A stretch of DNA of 15,148 bases from Verrucomicrobiota bacterium (GTDB lineage: Bacteria > Verrucomicrobiota > Verrucomicrobiia > Opitutales > Seribacteraceae), in contig JAQBYT010000056.1 of NCBI GenBank assembly GCA_027622665.1, positions 1 through 15,148 on the forward strand. The letters run 5' to 3'. The notes under the pieces are model-generated. The model was not told the origin of the DNA, did no database searches, and was given only the letters and a program-made list of their open reading frames with translations. Below, in pieces: positions 1 to 9,800 of this stretch. The first letter of the stretch is position 1, and every line of letters starts with the position of its first letter. Made by a program: the position numbers and the translations under genes.

Positions 1-3000
1 CCCGCCGACGACGCCCCAGAGGTGGTCAACGGCATAGCCGACGTTTCCGCCGACGAGGATGCCGCCAATGTCATCGTTTCCCTGTTAAGCGTATTCAACG
101 ACGTCGACGACAACGCGACTATCGTCAAGACTGTTCAAGCCAACACCAATCTCGGACTGGTCACCGCGACCATCGTGGGCGACGATCTGACCCTAGATTT
201 TCAAGCGAACGGGTTCGGAACCGCGACCATAACCGTACGGGGAACCTCCAACGGAAAAACAGCGGACGACTCGTTCGAAGTGACGGTCGCACCGATGGAC
301 GACGCTCCCGTCGTGACAAACGCGATCTCAGACGTTTTCGCAGATGAGGACGACCTCGACTACGTCATTTCCATGGCGAACGTCTTCAACGACGTCGACG
401 ACGACAACGCGTCCATAGTCAAGACCTCGCCCGCAAACACCAATCCCGAACTGGTCACTGCGACCATCGTGGGCAACGAACTCACCCTCGACTTCCAACC
501 GAACCGGTTCGGATCGGCGACCATCACGGTACGGGGAGCCTCCAATGGAAAAGCCGCGGACGACTCGTTAGAAGTGACGGTATCTCCGGTGGACGATGCT
601 CCCGTAGTCGCTACCCCTCTCTCCGACGTTTCCTTCGTGAACATTGCTCCGGATGCGACGATCGACCTTTCCAACGTCTTCGCCGACGTCGACGACGACA
701 ACGGTTCCATCGTCAAGACCCTGCAATCCAACGGTAATCCTGACATCGTCACCGCAACGGTTACCGACGACTCTCTCGTTCTGGACTTCCAGCCCGACGC
801 AAACGGTTCCACGACCATCACGGTGACGGGAACTTCAAACGGAAAAAGCGCGGATGCGACTTTCACTTTGGAAGTGTTCGCTCTCAACGCCCCGCCCGTG
901 GTCGCCGCACCCATCACCGACGTCGTAGCCAACGAGGACGACCCCCATCGGACGATCGACCTCTCGAACTTATTCGTCGCCCCGGACGACGAGCAAATCA
1001 CAAAGACCGCCGCATCCGGAAACTCATCGCTCGTCACTGCGGTCATCGACGGGGATCTCCTCACCTTGAGTTTTCAGCCCGACGCATCGGGAACGACTTC
1101 CATCACGGTTACGGGCAACTCCCGCGGTCAACGCGTGGACGACGTCTTCACGGTAACCGTCTCCCCGGTGGACGACCCGCCCGAACTCTCTAAGTCGCTC
1201 CCCGACGTCAATGCTTGGGAAGACGACAAGAGCGTGACAATCGACCTTTCGAACGTATTCAACGACGTCGACGTCGACAACGCATCCATCGAGAAAGCCG
1301 CCTCGTCCGGCAATGCTGCAGTGGTCGTAGCCTCCGTGACCGGCGAGACCCTGACACTCGACTTCCTACCTAATGCCTACGGTTCGTCCGTGATCACCGT
1401 TCTTGGCTCTTCGAATGGAAAGGTCGCGAGCGGTAACTTCAACGTCACCGTCTCCCCGATAGACGACCCACCGGCGTTCAGCAGTTCTCCTCCGCTCAGG
1501 GTCAGCAGAGGGTCCTCTTACGGTTATTCCGTTTCAGCCACGGATCCGGACGGAAACGCCAGTCTCGTAATGACCGCTCCAACGAAACCGAACTGGCTTA
1601 CGCTAACTGACCGGGGAGAAGGCCTCGCCACCCTGATCGGCACGCCACCGGTCCAGTTGTCCGACCACGCCGTGATCCTATCGATTTCCGACGGCAACGC
1701 GACTACCACTCAATCGTTCACCATCTCCGTCACCGAACACAACTCCCCTCCGATCATCGCCCAAGGCGAAGTGGTTGAGGTCGTGATGTCGGAGGACGGA
1801 ACGCCGGAGGCATGGATCGCCCCAGTCCTTTCGGCAACCGACGCCGAAGGGGACGTCCTCGCGTGGTCGCTCAAGGATTCACCAGTTAACGGGTCGGTCT
1901 CCATCGAAGGAAACGGCACATCTCTCGGTGCCTTCGCCTACGAACCTGCAATCGACTTCAACGGTTTCGACACCTTCGTCGTCCAAGTCAGCGACGGGGA
2001 GTTCATCGACGAAGTGAGGATCAACGTCACCTTGACACCCGTCAACGATCCTCCCCGCTTCACCTCGACGCCCCCGATCAAGGGGAAGGAGGAGGAATTC
2101 TACTTCGCCGACCTGACGACTTCGGACGTCGATGGTCCGGGTTCTCCAACACTGGCGCTACTGGAAGGCCCGGCTTGGTTGACCTTGGAGAACTCGGGCG
2201 ACGGTTCTGGATTGCTCCGAGGCGTCGCACCTCTCGGTTCCGGCGGAGCGCATGCGGTCAGCCTCTCCATAACCGACGAAGCCAACGCAACGGGTGAACT
2301 GAACTTCTTCATTCAGGTCGGGAGCGGGCAATCCCCCACCCTATCCCTCAAAGGTTCTTCTCGTATTCGCCACCCCAAGGGCGAACCCTTCCAAGATCCG
2401 GGTTACTTCGCCTTCGACGAGCTCGACGGCGACCTGACCTCCTCGGTTATCATCACCGGCAAGGTGGATGCAAATGCTCCCGGCGTCTATACCCTGACCT
2501 ATGAAGTTTCCGACCGCGACGACAACGAGGCCGCCCCAGTCGCTCGAGAGATTTACATTCCCGACCCAAGTCAAACGCCACGAGCGCTGCAAGTGGTCAG
2601 CCCCAAAGGAGCCATCGAGACTGCCGCCGTTGCCGTTGGTCCTTCCGGAGTCCGCTACCTCGCAGGATCCTTCCGCGATACCGCCACCTTCGGCGAGGTC
2701 ACACTTCAGGCCGAAAACGGCGACGCCTTCCTGACCTGCCTCGAAGCGAACGGTTCCGTTCGCTGGGCCAGAAGTTTCGGGGGATTGGGACGAGACGAGG
2801 CAACCGACGTAGCAATCGGACCGGACGGTTCGATCTACCTTTCAGGAACCTTTGAGGGCCTCGTTCAAGTCGACGGTCTTCCCCTCATCTCCTCCGGTGG
2901 CGCAGACGGCTTCCTCATCAAGCTCGATCCGGAGGGCTCTCTTCAATGGGAACAAACCGTGGGTGGTCCCGGCGAGGACAGCGGCCAATCCGTTACGATC

Positions 3001-5841
3001 GCTTCGGACGGTTCGATTCGCTGGGTCGGCAACGTCGAGGAAGGCGCTGCTCTAAACGGCAACCCCCTTGCTTCCTCGGGCAAAGGCGACGTCTTTGTGG
3101 CCAAGATTTCCCCTGCAGGGGACGTCGATTGGGCACAGACCGCAGGGGGTGAAAATATAGATCGGGTCGAAGCAGTGGTCACTGATCCGGTCACCGGTTT
3201 CACCTACCTGGCTGGCGGAGTGAGCGACGGCGTGCAAGACAACGCTTTTCTTCTCCAGTACGACGACAACGGAACCCTGCGCTGGGGAACGAAGCTAACC
3301 GGAGCAATGGACAACCAAGTACTCGATCTCGCGGCAGACGAATCGGGAGTGTATCTTGCCGGCAATTTCGAGGGCGAAGCGCGCATCGGCAGTTTGACCA
3401 TGACCTCTAAAGGCAATTCCGACGGCTTCCTCGCGAAACTCGACCCCGACGGCGCCCCCCAATGGACACACACCATCGGGGGACCCGGCTCCGACTACGC
3501 TCAAAGCGTCGAAATCGATCCTTACGGAGACCCCGTCCTTACGGGCCATTTCCTAGACTCCGCCTCCGTAGGCGGCCACTCCATTGCATCGGCGGGTAGC
3601 TCCGACCTCTTCCTCCTGCAGGCAAGCGGCGACTCCGGTGGGGTCATGCGCATTCGCTCCATCGGCGGTACGGGCTCGGAGCAAGCCGGAGAACTCGCCA
3701 TAGGCCCGGATGGAACTATGCATATTTCCGCCCGACACGGAGGAGAAACCACCGCAGACGACTTCCAGCTCGACAACGAAGGCAAGCCCGGTTCATTCCT
3801 CGTCGTGGCGGGCGGTCCCAACGGACTGCCCGAGACCACCATTCCCTCGGAATTATCAATCGAACCCGGGAAAAGCTTCGCCATTGACCTGAACGCCTCC
3901 ATGCCCAATGGCCCAAAACCGTCCTTCTTTATTCCGAATGCCCCGGATTGGCTATTTCTTCAAGACAACGGAGACGGCGCCGCCATTCTCTCCGGCACGA
4001 TACCCCCTTCCGCACAAGGTGATATCACCACGACTATTCGCGTAAGCGACCTCGAGGGTGGAACGGTCGAAAGAAAACTAGTGCTCAAGACAGGCGTCCC
4101 CGTCACTCATACGGTATCGGTCTCCGTCGTCCCCGCGGATGCCGCTAATATCGCAGGGATGGGAACCTACGAGCACGGCACTCGAATCACCCTCGTCGCG
4201 ACTCCTCTGGATGGCTATCGCCTCTCGCACTGGTCGGGCAGCGCCGTCACCACTCCAAACTCAAGCACGCAAACCTTGACCGTCACCAACGACTTCACAC
4301 TTACCGCCACCTTCGAACTCGCGCCAAGCATCCCCGTCACTCATATGGTATCGGTCTCCGTCGTCCCCGCGGATGCAGCGACAATCGAGGGGATGGGAAC
4401 CTATGAGCACGGCGCTCTAATCACCCTCGTCGCGACTCCTCTGGATGGATATCGCCTCTCGTACTGGTCGGGCAACGCCGTCACCACTCCAAACTCAAGC
4501 ACGCAAACCTTGACCGTCAACGAGGACGTCGCCCTCACCGCCACGTTTGAACTAGATCCGGACGCAGGCACACTTGTCTCTATCCTCGATGCCGAAGACC
4601 TCGGCAACTTCTGGCACAGAAGCCCGTGGTTCGGCTATTTTCACCAAACCACCGAAAACTGGATCTACCATCTCGATTTCGGATGGATCTATTCCGTTCC
4701 ACCGGGCAGCGGTTCACTCGATCGACGCCGACGTAGCTCCGACACCAACGACAACGACGGCGTCTGGCTCTGGCAAGAGGAGTTGGGTTGGGCATGGACC
4801 ACCGCAGACGTCTTCCCCTACCTGTATCAAGAACGCCCCAGCGGTTGGCTATTCTACAGCAAGGGTTCTTCCAACCCTGCCATACTCTACGATTTCGGCA
4901 ACCAAGAATGGTTTGCGATTGCCCAACCCGACCATCACGTCGAAACCAATGCCATGCCCACAGAAGGTGGAGACGTCGTGGGTGGCGGATCGTACAAGGG
5001 CGGCACCGACGCCTACCTCGTGGCGAAACCAAGCAACGGGTTTATCTTCGAAGGATGGGAAGGAGATGCACAAGGATCGGAAAATCCACTGCTCATCCAG
5101 AATCTCGAAAACAGCATGAGCATCGGAGCCAAGTTCAAATCGATTGCGGGTGGCATGCAGGGCATTGCCTCCGTCATTGAGAACGCAACGCACTTGACGA
5201 CAGAACAAAAACGAACGGCTCTCGTCCAGATTGCATTCACCGGCAGTTCCCCTCTTGTTAGCATTGGGTCAGGAGATACGACGTCCTCACAGGATTCCCG
5301 AGTAAATCTGATAGCTCAGGCTTTTGGGCTGAAAACCGCGAACTCGAACTTCAGCAACTTCGGTGCAGATTCCGCCCAACTTAAGCATCCCTATCTGCCA
5401 TGGGAACAGGGATGGTCTGGACAAGTAGATGCAGAAGGAGGCAAGAAACTCTCCCTAGAGACAACGATCACAGAAAAGGTCAACGACGTCGATTGCCTCG
5501 TGGTGAACGCCACGCCGGCCAACGGTTCCTGGGAAACCAGATGGCTCGCACGCGACAAAAAGGGCACCATCTGGATCATGCGGGAGACGCGCAACCAACA
5601 ATCGACAGATCTCCACCAACCTTTCCTTCCCTCCATTCCGGAAGCAGGATGGAAAAGCTGGACGAACGCCTCCGCCATCCCCGATAACTATGCAGTCGTG
5701 AGCAACCTTACTTCAAAGATTCGCCTACAGTCGGGCGAAATCATTGAGAACTGCCTCCGCTTAATCGTCCACTCGTCCGAAGGTACTCGCATCGAGTACT
5801 ATGCGAATGGAAGAGGCCTCGTCAGAACAGAGAAACCATGA
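1..5841 (+). CDS. Giant repetitive surface/adhesin-like protein, 5'-truncated (cadherin/Ig-like repeats, He_PIG-like, DUF5011-like, beta-propeller, InlB-B-like repeats, Trp-rich domain, C-terminal domain)
   Basis: Frame is open from base 1 (CCC GCC GAC GAC GCC CCA GAG = PADDAPE, the same motif that starts each repeat), so GTG at 22 is not the true start. Stop TGA at 5839-5841. Acidic, Thr/Val-rich beta-sandwich repeats with DxD motifs. PxWL(T)L motifs of He_PIG/dystroglycan-type cadherin domains at ~1462-1740, ~2044-2325 and ~3826-4090. 'YEPAIDFNGFDTFVVQVSDG' Big_9/cadherin-like domain at ~1741-2043. 'DPGYFAFDELDGDLT...PGVYTLTYEVSD' DUF5011-like domain at ~2329-2565. 'DGFLIKLDPEGSLQW'-type SBBP-like propeller blades at ~2580-3820. 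Confidence 0.9.
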   Translation, partial: PADDAPEVVNGIADVSADEDAANVIVSLLSVFNDVDDNATIVKTVQANTNLGLVTATIVGDDLTLDFQANGFGTATITVRGTSNGKTADDSFEVTVAPMDDAPVVTNAISDVFADEDDLDYVISMANVFNDVDDDNASIVKTSPANTNPELVTATIVGNELTLDFQPNRFGSATITVRGASNGKAADDSLEVTVSPVDDAPVVATPLSDVSFVNIAPDATIDLSNVFADVDDDNGSIVKTLQSNGNPDIVTATVTDDSLVLDFQPDANGSTTITVTGTSNGKSADATFTLEVFALNAPPVVAAPITDVVANEDDPHRTIDLSNLFVAPDDEQITKTAASGNSSLVTAVIDGDLLTLSFQPDASGTTSITVTGNSRGQRVDDVFTVTVSPVDDPPELSKSLPDVNAWEDDKSVTIDLSNVFNDVDVDNASIEKAASSGNAAVVVASVTGETLTLDFLPNAYGSSVITVLGSSNGKVASGNFNVTVSPIDDPPAFSSSPPLRVSRGSSYGYSVSATDPDGNASLVMTAPTKPNWLTLTDRGEGLATLIGTPPVQLSDHAVILSISDGNATTTQSFTISVTEHNSPPIIAQGEVVEVVMSEDGTPEAWIAPVLSATDAEGDVLAWSLKDSPVNGSVSIEGNGTSLGAFAYEPAIDFNGFDTFVVQVSDGEFIDEVRINVTLTPVNDPPRFTSTPPIKGKEEEFYFADLTTSDVDGPGSPTLALLEGPAWLTLENSGDGSGLLRGVAPLGSGGAHAVSLSITDEANATGELNFFIQVGSGQSPTLSLKGSSRIRHPKGEPFQDPGYFAFDELDGDLTSSVIITGKVDANAPGVYTLTYEVSDRDDNEAAPVAREIYIPDPSQTPRALQVVSPKGAIETAAVAVGPSGVRYLAGSFRDTATFGEVTLQAENGDAFLTCLEANGSVRWARSFGGLGRDEATDVAIGPDGSIYLSGTFEGLVQVDGLPLISSGGADGFLIKLDPEGSLQWEQTVGGPGEDSGQSVTIASDGSIRWVGNVEEGAALNGNPLASSGKGDVFVAKISPAGDVDWAQTAGGENIDRVEAVVTDPVTGFTYLAGGVSDGVQDNAFLLQYDDNGTLRWGTKLTGAMDNQVLDLAADESGVYLAGNFEGEARIGSLTMTSKGNSDGFLAKLDPDGAPQWTHTIGGPGSDYAQSVEIDPYGDPVLTGHFLDSASVGGHSIASAGSSDLFLLQASGDSGGVMRIRSIGGTGSEQAGELAIGPDGTMHISARHGGETTADDFQLDNEGKPGSFLVVAGGPNGLPETTIPSELSIEPGKSFAIDLNASMPNGPKPSFFIPNAPDWLFLQDNGDGAAILSGTIPPSAQGDITTTIRVSDLEGGTVERKLVLKTGVPVTHTVSVSVVPADAANIAGMGTYEHGTRITLVATPLDGYRLSHWSGSAVTTPNSSTQTLTVTNDFTLTATFELAPSIPVTHMVSVSVVPADAATIEGMGTYEHGALITLVATPLDGYRLSYWSGNAVTTPNSSTQTLTVNEDVALTATFELDPDAGTLVSILDAEDLGNFWHRSPWFGYFHQTTENWIYHLDFGWIYSVPPGSGSLDRRRRSSDTNDNDGVWLWQEELGWAWTTADVFPYLYQERPSGWLFYSKGSSNPAILYDFGNQEWFAIAQPDHHVETNAMPTEGGDVVGGGSYKGGTDAYLVAKPSNGFIFEGWEGDAQGSENPLLIQNLENSMSIGAKFKSIAGGMQGIASVIENATHLTTEQKRTALVQIAFTGSSPLVSIGSGDTTSSQDSRVNLIAQAFGLKTANSNFSNFGADSAQLKHPYLPWEQGWSGQVDAEGGKKLSLETTITEKVNDVDCLVVNATPANGSWETRWLARDKKGTIWIMRETRNQQSTDLHQPFLPSIPEAGWKSWTNASAIPDNYAVVSNLTSKIRLQSGEIIENCLRLIVHSSEGTRIEYYANGRGLVRTEKP
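7..1461 (+). repeat. Five tandem ~95-98 aa cadherin/Ig-like coding repeats
   Basis: Units start at 7, 298, 592, 886 and 1171 (periods 291, 294, 294, 285, 291 bp). Consensus is approximately DDAPVV..I.DV..EDD....IDLSNVFNDVDDDNASI.KT......LVTA...G..LTLDFQPN..G...ITV.G.SNGK..D.F.VTVSP. Confidence 0.92.
4099..4554 (+). repeat. Recent tandem duplication of an InlB B-repeat-like (Flg_new-type) domain, 234-bp period
   Basis: Copies start at 4099 and 4333 (PVTH[T/M]VSVSVVPADAA.I.GMGTYEHG..ITLVATPLDGYRLS.WSG.AVTTPNSSTQTLTV). By hand count there are 23 mismatches in 222 aligned bases (~90% identity). A third, divergent copy (GGDVVGGGSYKGG...AKPSNGFIFEGWEG) lies at ~4930-5140. Confidence 0.9.
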
Positions 5842-6836
5842 TTCGTCTCAATAACGGAAATCCTTTCCTCAGCCCGTCATTACTAATGTTCGCCCTGTCG
5901 TTTTGCGTGCTCTCGCAGGCATACGGACGAGAAGATCTTCGTTCAACTGCCGAGCAGAAAGATTACATTAACAAACTAAAGAAAGAACTGCTTCAGATCA
6001 AAAAAGATTTGGTAACCTTGGAGACAAATAATGAGAAACCAGCAGGTACTCCGGAACTGTCACCCACTATTCCGGAAGTAAGTGACAAAACACTCTCACA
6101 ATCTCCGCTTATCCTTAAGCGGAGCACCTCCATCAGCGCAACAAAAGAGGATTTACGCCGGATCAGAAAGGGCTTACTCGAACTCCAAGGGGGAAAGACA
6201 ACTGAAACAGCCGAACAAGAACCGAGTCTTGAAACCAGCTTACCAGTTCGGAAAGTTGTAAAAGTTCGTCAGCACAATAATTATTTCCTTTTCGTTAATC
6301 CTGGCATTGCCTTTGCCCAAGACAGAGAATATTCACAAGCGGTCAGTCACCATAAAAGCTTTTTGGAAACACGTGCTGGGCTCGAGCTTTCTATCGCTTT
6401 CGGAGGTCAAATCGGCCCTTGGACAATTGGTCCCGAGATAGGTTATCGACGATTGGGATATAAATCCATCTCCACACCAAGCCTACCATTCAACACGAAG
6501 ACAGAAACAGGTAACTCGACCTCCTATTTTTTTGCTTTGTATAGCGGTCGCGACATCGCCCTTTCGCATCAATTAAATCTGAATCTTGGAGTATCTCTTG
6601 GTGTCGCTAACATAAATGAAACCTTTACCTTTGAAATCCCAGGTAGCTTTACAAGTCATAACGCAACAGAAGAGGGTTCACGTTTTCAAGGAAGCATTCG
6701 AACTGCCATAGAGTACGCCTTTTCGGATCTATGCTCGGCTCATCTGGGATACCGCTTCAGCTATGTCAACGACATTGGAGACTTTGGTTCCCTCCTTGTC
6801 CACCAAGCCGAACTGGGTCTCCGCTTGAACCTATGA
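5838..6836 (+). CDS. Outer-membrane beta-barrel protein (OmpA/Opa/Ail-like small barrel) with N-terminal signal region and coiled-coil/low-complexity linker
   Basis: Hydrophobic N-terminus (LLMFALSFCVLSQAYG). Two amphipathic helices (INKLKKELLQIKKDLVTLE; ISATKEDLRRIRKGLLELQ). Alternating beta-strands follow (EIGYRRL, LNLGVSLGVA, AHLGYRFSY), ending in a beta-signal-like strand HQAELGLRLNL. ATGA overlap with the upstream stop codon. Confidence 0.8.
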   Translation: MIRLNNGNPFLSPSLLMFALSFCVLSQAYGREDLRSTAEQKDYINKLKKELLQIKKDLVTLETNNEKPAGTPELSPTIPEVSDKTLSQSPLILKRSTSISATKEDLRRIRKGLLELQGGKTTETAEQEPSLETSLPVRKVVKVRQHNNYFLFVNPGIAFAQDREYSQAVSHHKSFLETRAGLELSIAFGGQIGPWTIGPEIGYRRLGYKSISTPSLPFNTKTETGNSTSYFFALYSGRDIALSHQLNLNLGVSLGVANINETFTFEIPGSFTSHNATEEGSRFQGSIRTAIEYAFSDLCSAHLGYRFSYVNDIGDFGSLLVHQAELGLRLNL

Positions 6837-6850
6837 TTAAAGCATGCGGA

Positions 6851-9800
6851 TCAATGGGGATGTTGTTCCAGAAGTTCTCGGGGTTTGTAAAATGCTTTTT
6901 GGTGTAGAGTCTTTTCACGGACAGACTTGACGGTCTCTGGCTTAATCACCGAGCCCTTGTTTCCAAAGGTGTTTCTAACAAAGGTCAATACGGCAGCGAG
7001 GTCATTGTCGGAAAGCATCTTGAATGGGGTCATGGGAACGACTCCGGGATACTGAACTCCCTTGACTTCGATGGGCCCCATCAACCCGTGCAGGGTCAAT
7101 TTGATCAAGCGCTCCTCGCTTCCGGTAATCCACCGACTTCCGGCAATGGGAGGAAACTGGGCAGCGGGCAAGCCGTTGCCGTCAGGTTGGTGGCAAGTGA
7201 TACAATGGCCTTCGCGATTGAACACCTCGGCGCCTTGGAGAAAGATTTCCTTTTCCACCCCAGTCAAATGGGTTGTATAAACTGGAGCGGAGTCAGCCTC
7301 GATCGTCCGGCCTTGTAAATATGCCATAGCCGTCTTGTAAACAGGAGAGATCAACGAATCCATACCTTGAACGCTAGCGGGGGCATTCAAGCTAACGCCC
7401 ATAGCAAGAACGGGTTGGTCACCTTTGGAAAAACTTACTCGGCCATCCTGAAAACGAGCCTCATAGCCCTTGCGATTGAAGATTTTAACATCTTCCACTT
7501 TAACCCCCTCCTTAAACTCGAACTTGAACCAAGGGTTGGTGTCACCCTCTGCCGAGTGGGCAAAATTCACGAGATCCCCGTCAGTCAACAAACCAACGGG
7601 GTAATCATCATTGTACTTGGAGGATTGCGTGGACTTTGCTTCACGGGCGATATTCTTCCCTCCGCTTATCACTTCGACTTCCGACAGATTCAGGGTCTGG
7701 TTTGATCCGGGAAGGGAAATGGTTATCGTATCGACCTTGGTCGACTGGAGGGAAGGGTCGGCAAAATGAAGAACACCTTGTTCATCGAGGCGGCCCACTC
7801 CGGCTTTAACTACTTTGTTCGTTTTATTTCTTGGCTTTGCCGCTTCCAATACGGCTAACCCATCTGTCTTACCCAACCAAGAAGCGGCGGCTACGGCTTC
7901 CATGCGGACTCGACCATGATCGTCTCCCGCCGCCCGTTTCAACAAAGAGACTTGGTCGGAGATTTGGTGTCCACTATAGCGAAGCACACGCACGGCAGCG
8001 CTTCGAGCGCGGAAATCCTTAGCTCCGAGGAGTTGCCGAAGGAGACCTTCATCAACCCGATTCAAGCCCCAGCTCACCCATAGGGCCTCGAGTAAATGAT
8101 GTTCATACGAGGGTTCGTTCTCGTCCAATGTTGCCGTCCATTTCTCGAGGGCAGAAAGTACGGCAACGGTATCGCGTCCGCGCAATTCACGACGGGTACG
8201 ATATCGCGTACGATATTCAGGAAGTTTCAGGTTTTCCAACAGGCGCCCCAAGCTTGCTCCCGCCACCTCGGCCACTTCGACCAAAGGTCGGGAAGGATAA
8301 GTAATTCGGTAAATTCGCCCGTGTGTATGGTCTCGACTAGGATCACGAGCGCTGTGCTGCATATGGCCGATAAGGGCATTGTGCCAATCGACCAGATAGA
8401 GAGACCCATCGGGAGCGAATTCCATGTCCACGGGGCGAAAGTTCCGATCCGAACCCTTAACCAAATCGTGGCGGAAACTGCTCTTGTAGCCTGTACCGTC
8501 GTCAACGAGAGTGTGCTGCTTCATTCCCTGGAAGCCAATTGTGTTGTTGATAAGAATATCGCCTTGGACTTCATCGGGAAAATGACGACTGGACACAAAC
8601 TCCAGACCTGAGGTCGGGCGTACACGGACGGAGAGGAGATTCGGCGGATTTGGAGCGAATCTACCGTACCCCACGCGAACCGAACCGGGAAGCATCCAGC
8701 GCATATCAGGGTCGGAAGTATCGGCAAAAAAGTTCTGCCCCCATTCATCGAAAGCAATCCCCCAAGGATTGGGAATGGAAAGGCGAACGGTTCGTTCGAG
8801 ATGGCGCCGCTTCGGATTATAGCGGAAAAAGCCGCCGTTGGAACTCCGCACAGTGCCATAAGCCGTCTCCACGTTACTGTGGAGAAATGTCCCCTCCCCC
8901 ATGAAGATGGCACCGGATGGGTCGGCGCAGAAAGCGGAAATGGCATGATGGGTGTCGTGATCGTCGAAACCACTTAACACAACCTCTCTGGAGTCGGCCC
9001 TGTCATCCCCGTCGGTATCCCGCAGATGGACGAGCGAGTACCCCTGTGACAGATAGACCCCTTGATGTCCGAACTCAAACCCCATAGGCAGGTGCAGACC
9101 ATCGGCAAAAACGGTCTGTTTGTCGGCCTTGCCGTCGGAATTGGTATCCTCGAGGATGAGCAGCTTGTCGTCGGGTTTGGGATCGCCGGGACGGTAGTGA
9201 GGATAACTCGGCATAGTGGCGACCCAGAGGCGACCACGGTTATCAAAAGAAAGCTGTACGGGATTCGCCAAGTATGGAAATTCCCGCTCGGAAGCAAACA
9301 AATCGATCTTGTAACCCTCGGGCACAGTGATGGCCTTGGCCGCATCCTCGACCGGCAGGTATTTTGCCCTATTCAGTCCCATGCCCGGCAAGACGTCGGT
9401 CTTGGCATCACCGGCAACCATATCGAACGGCTCATCGGCCAATGCCGCCCAGACGCCCTGATCGCGAACACTCATCATTTGGGCAAGCTTTTGAAGCTCG
9501 GCAGGATAATTCTTTGGGCCATATGGATTGTGCCGTCGCCCAAAGACATGAACCCCGTTGGGAATTTTATAGTAATTGAGCCACAACCAATTCTTTTCCT
9601 CCACCGATTTCTTGAGACGAGAAAGATCCGGGGAGGGAACCAGTTTGACCTTACCGAAAAGACGATCGGCCAGTAGAGGAGACAACTTGGCGTAACCTTC
9701 GCCGGTCAGAAGAGCGCCATCCCGAGTGAGTGGCTTGGCACTTGATTCAAACCATAACCGAGTAGGTGAGAAAAGGTCTACAAAGTGTACCTTGTGATTT

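Noticed and set aside
4099..4554. DGR template/variable repeat pair
   Set aside because: Both copies are in-frame coding, mismatches are not adenine-specific (many C/T, C/G and T/G), and there is no reverse transcriptase gene.
360..5687. Many overlapping alternative-frame and antisense ORFs (e.g. 360..1064-, 4574..5119+, 4580..5032-)
   Set aside because: These are shadow ORFs from GC-rich biased codon usage in the large gene and show no recognisable motifs.
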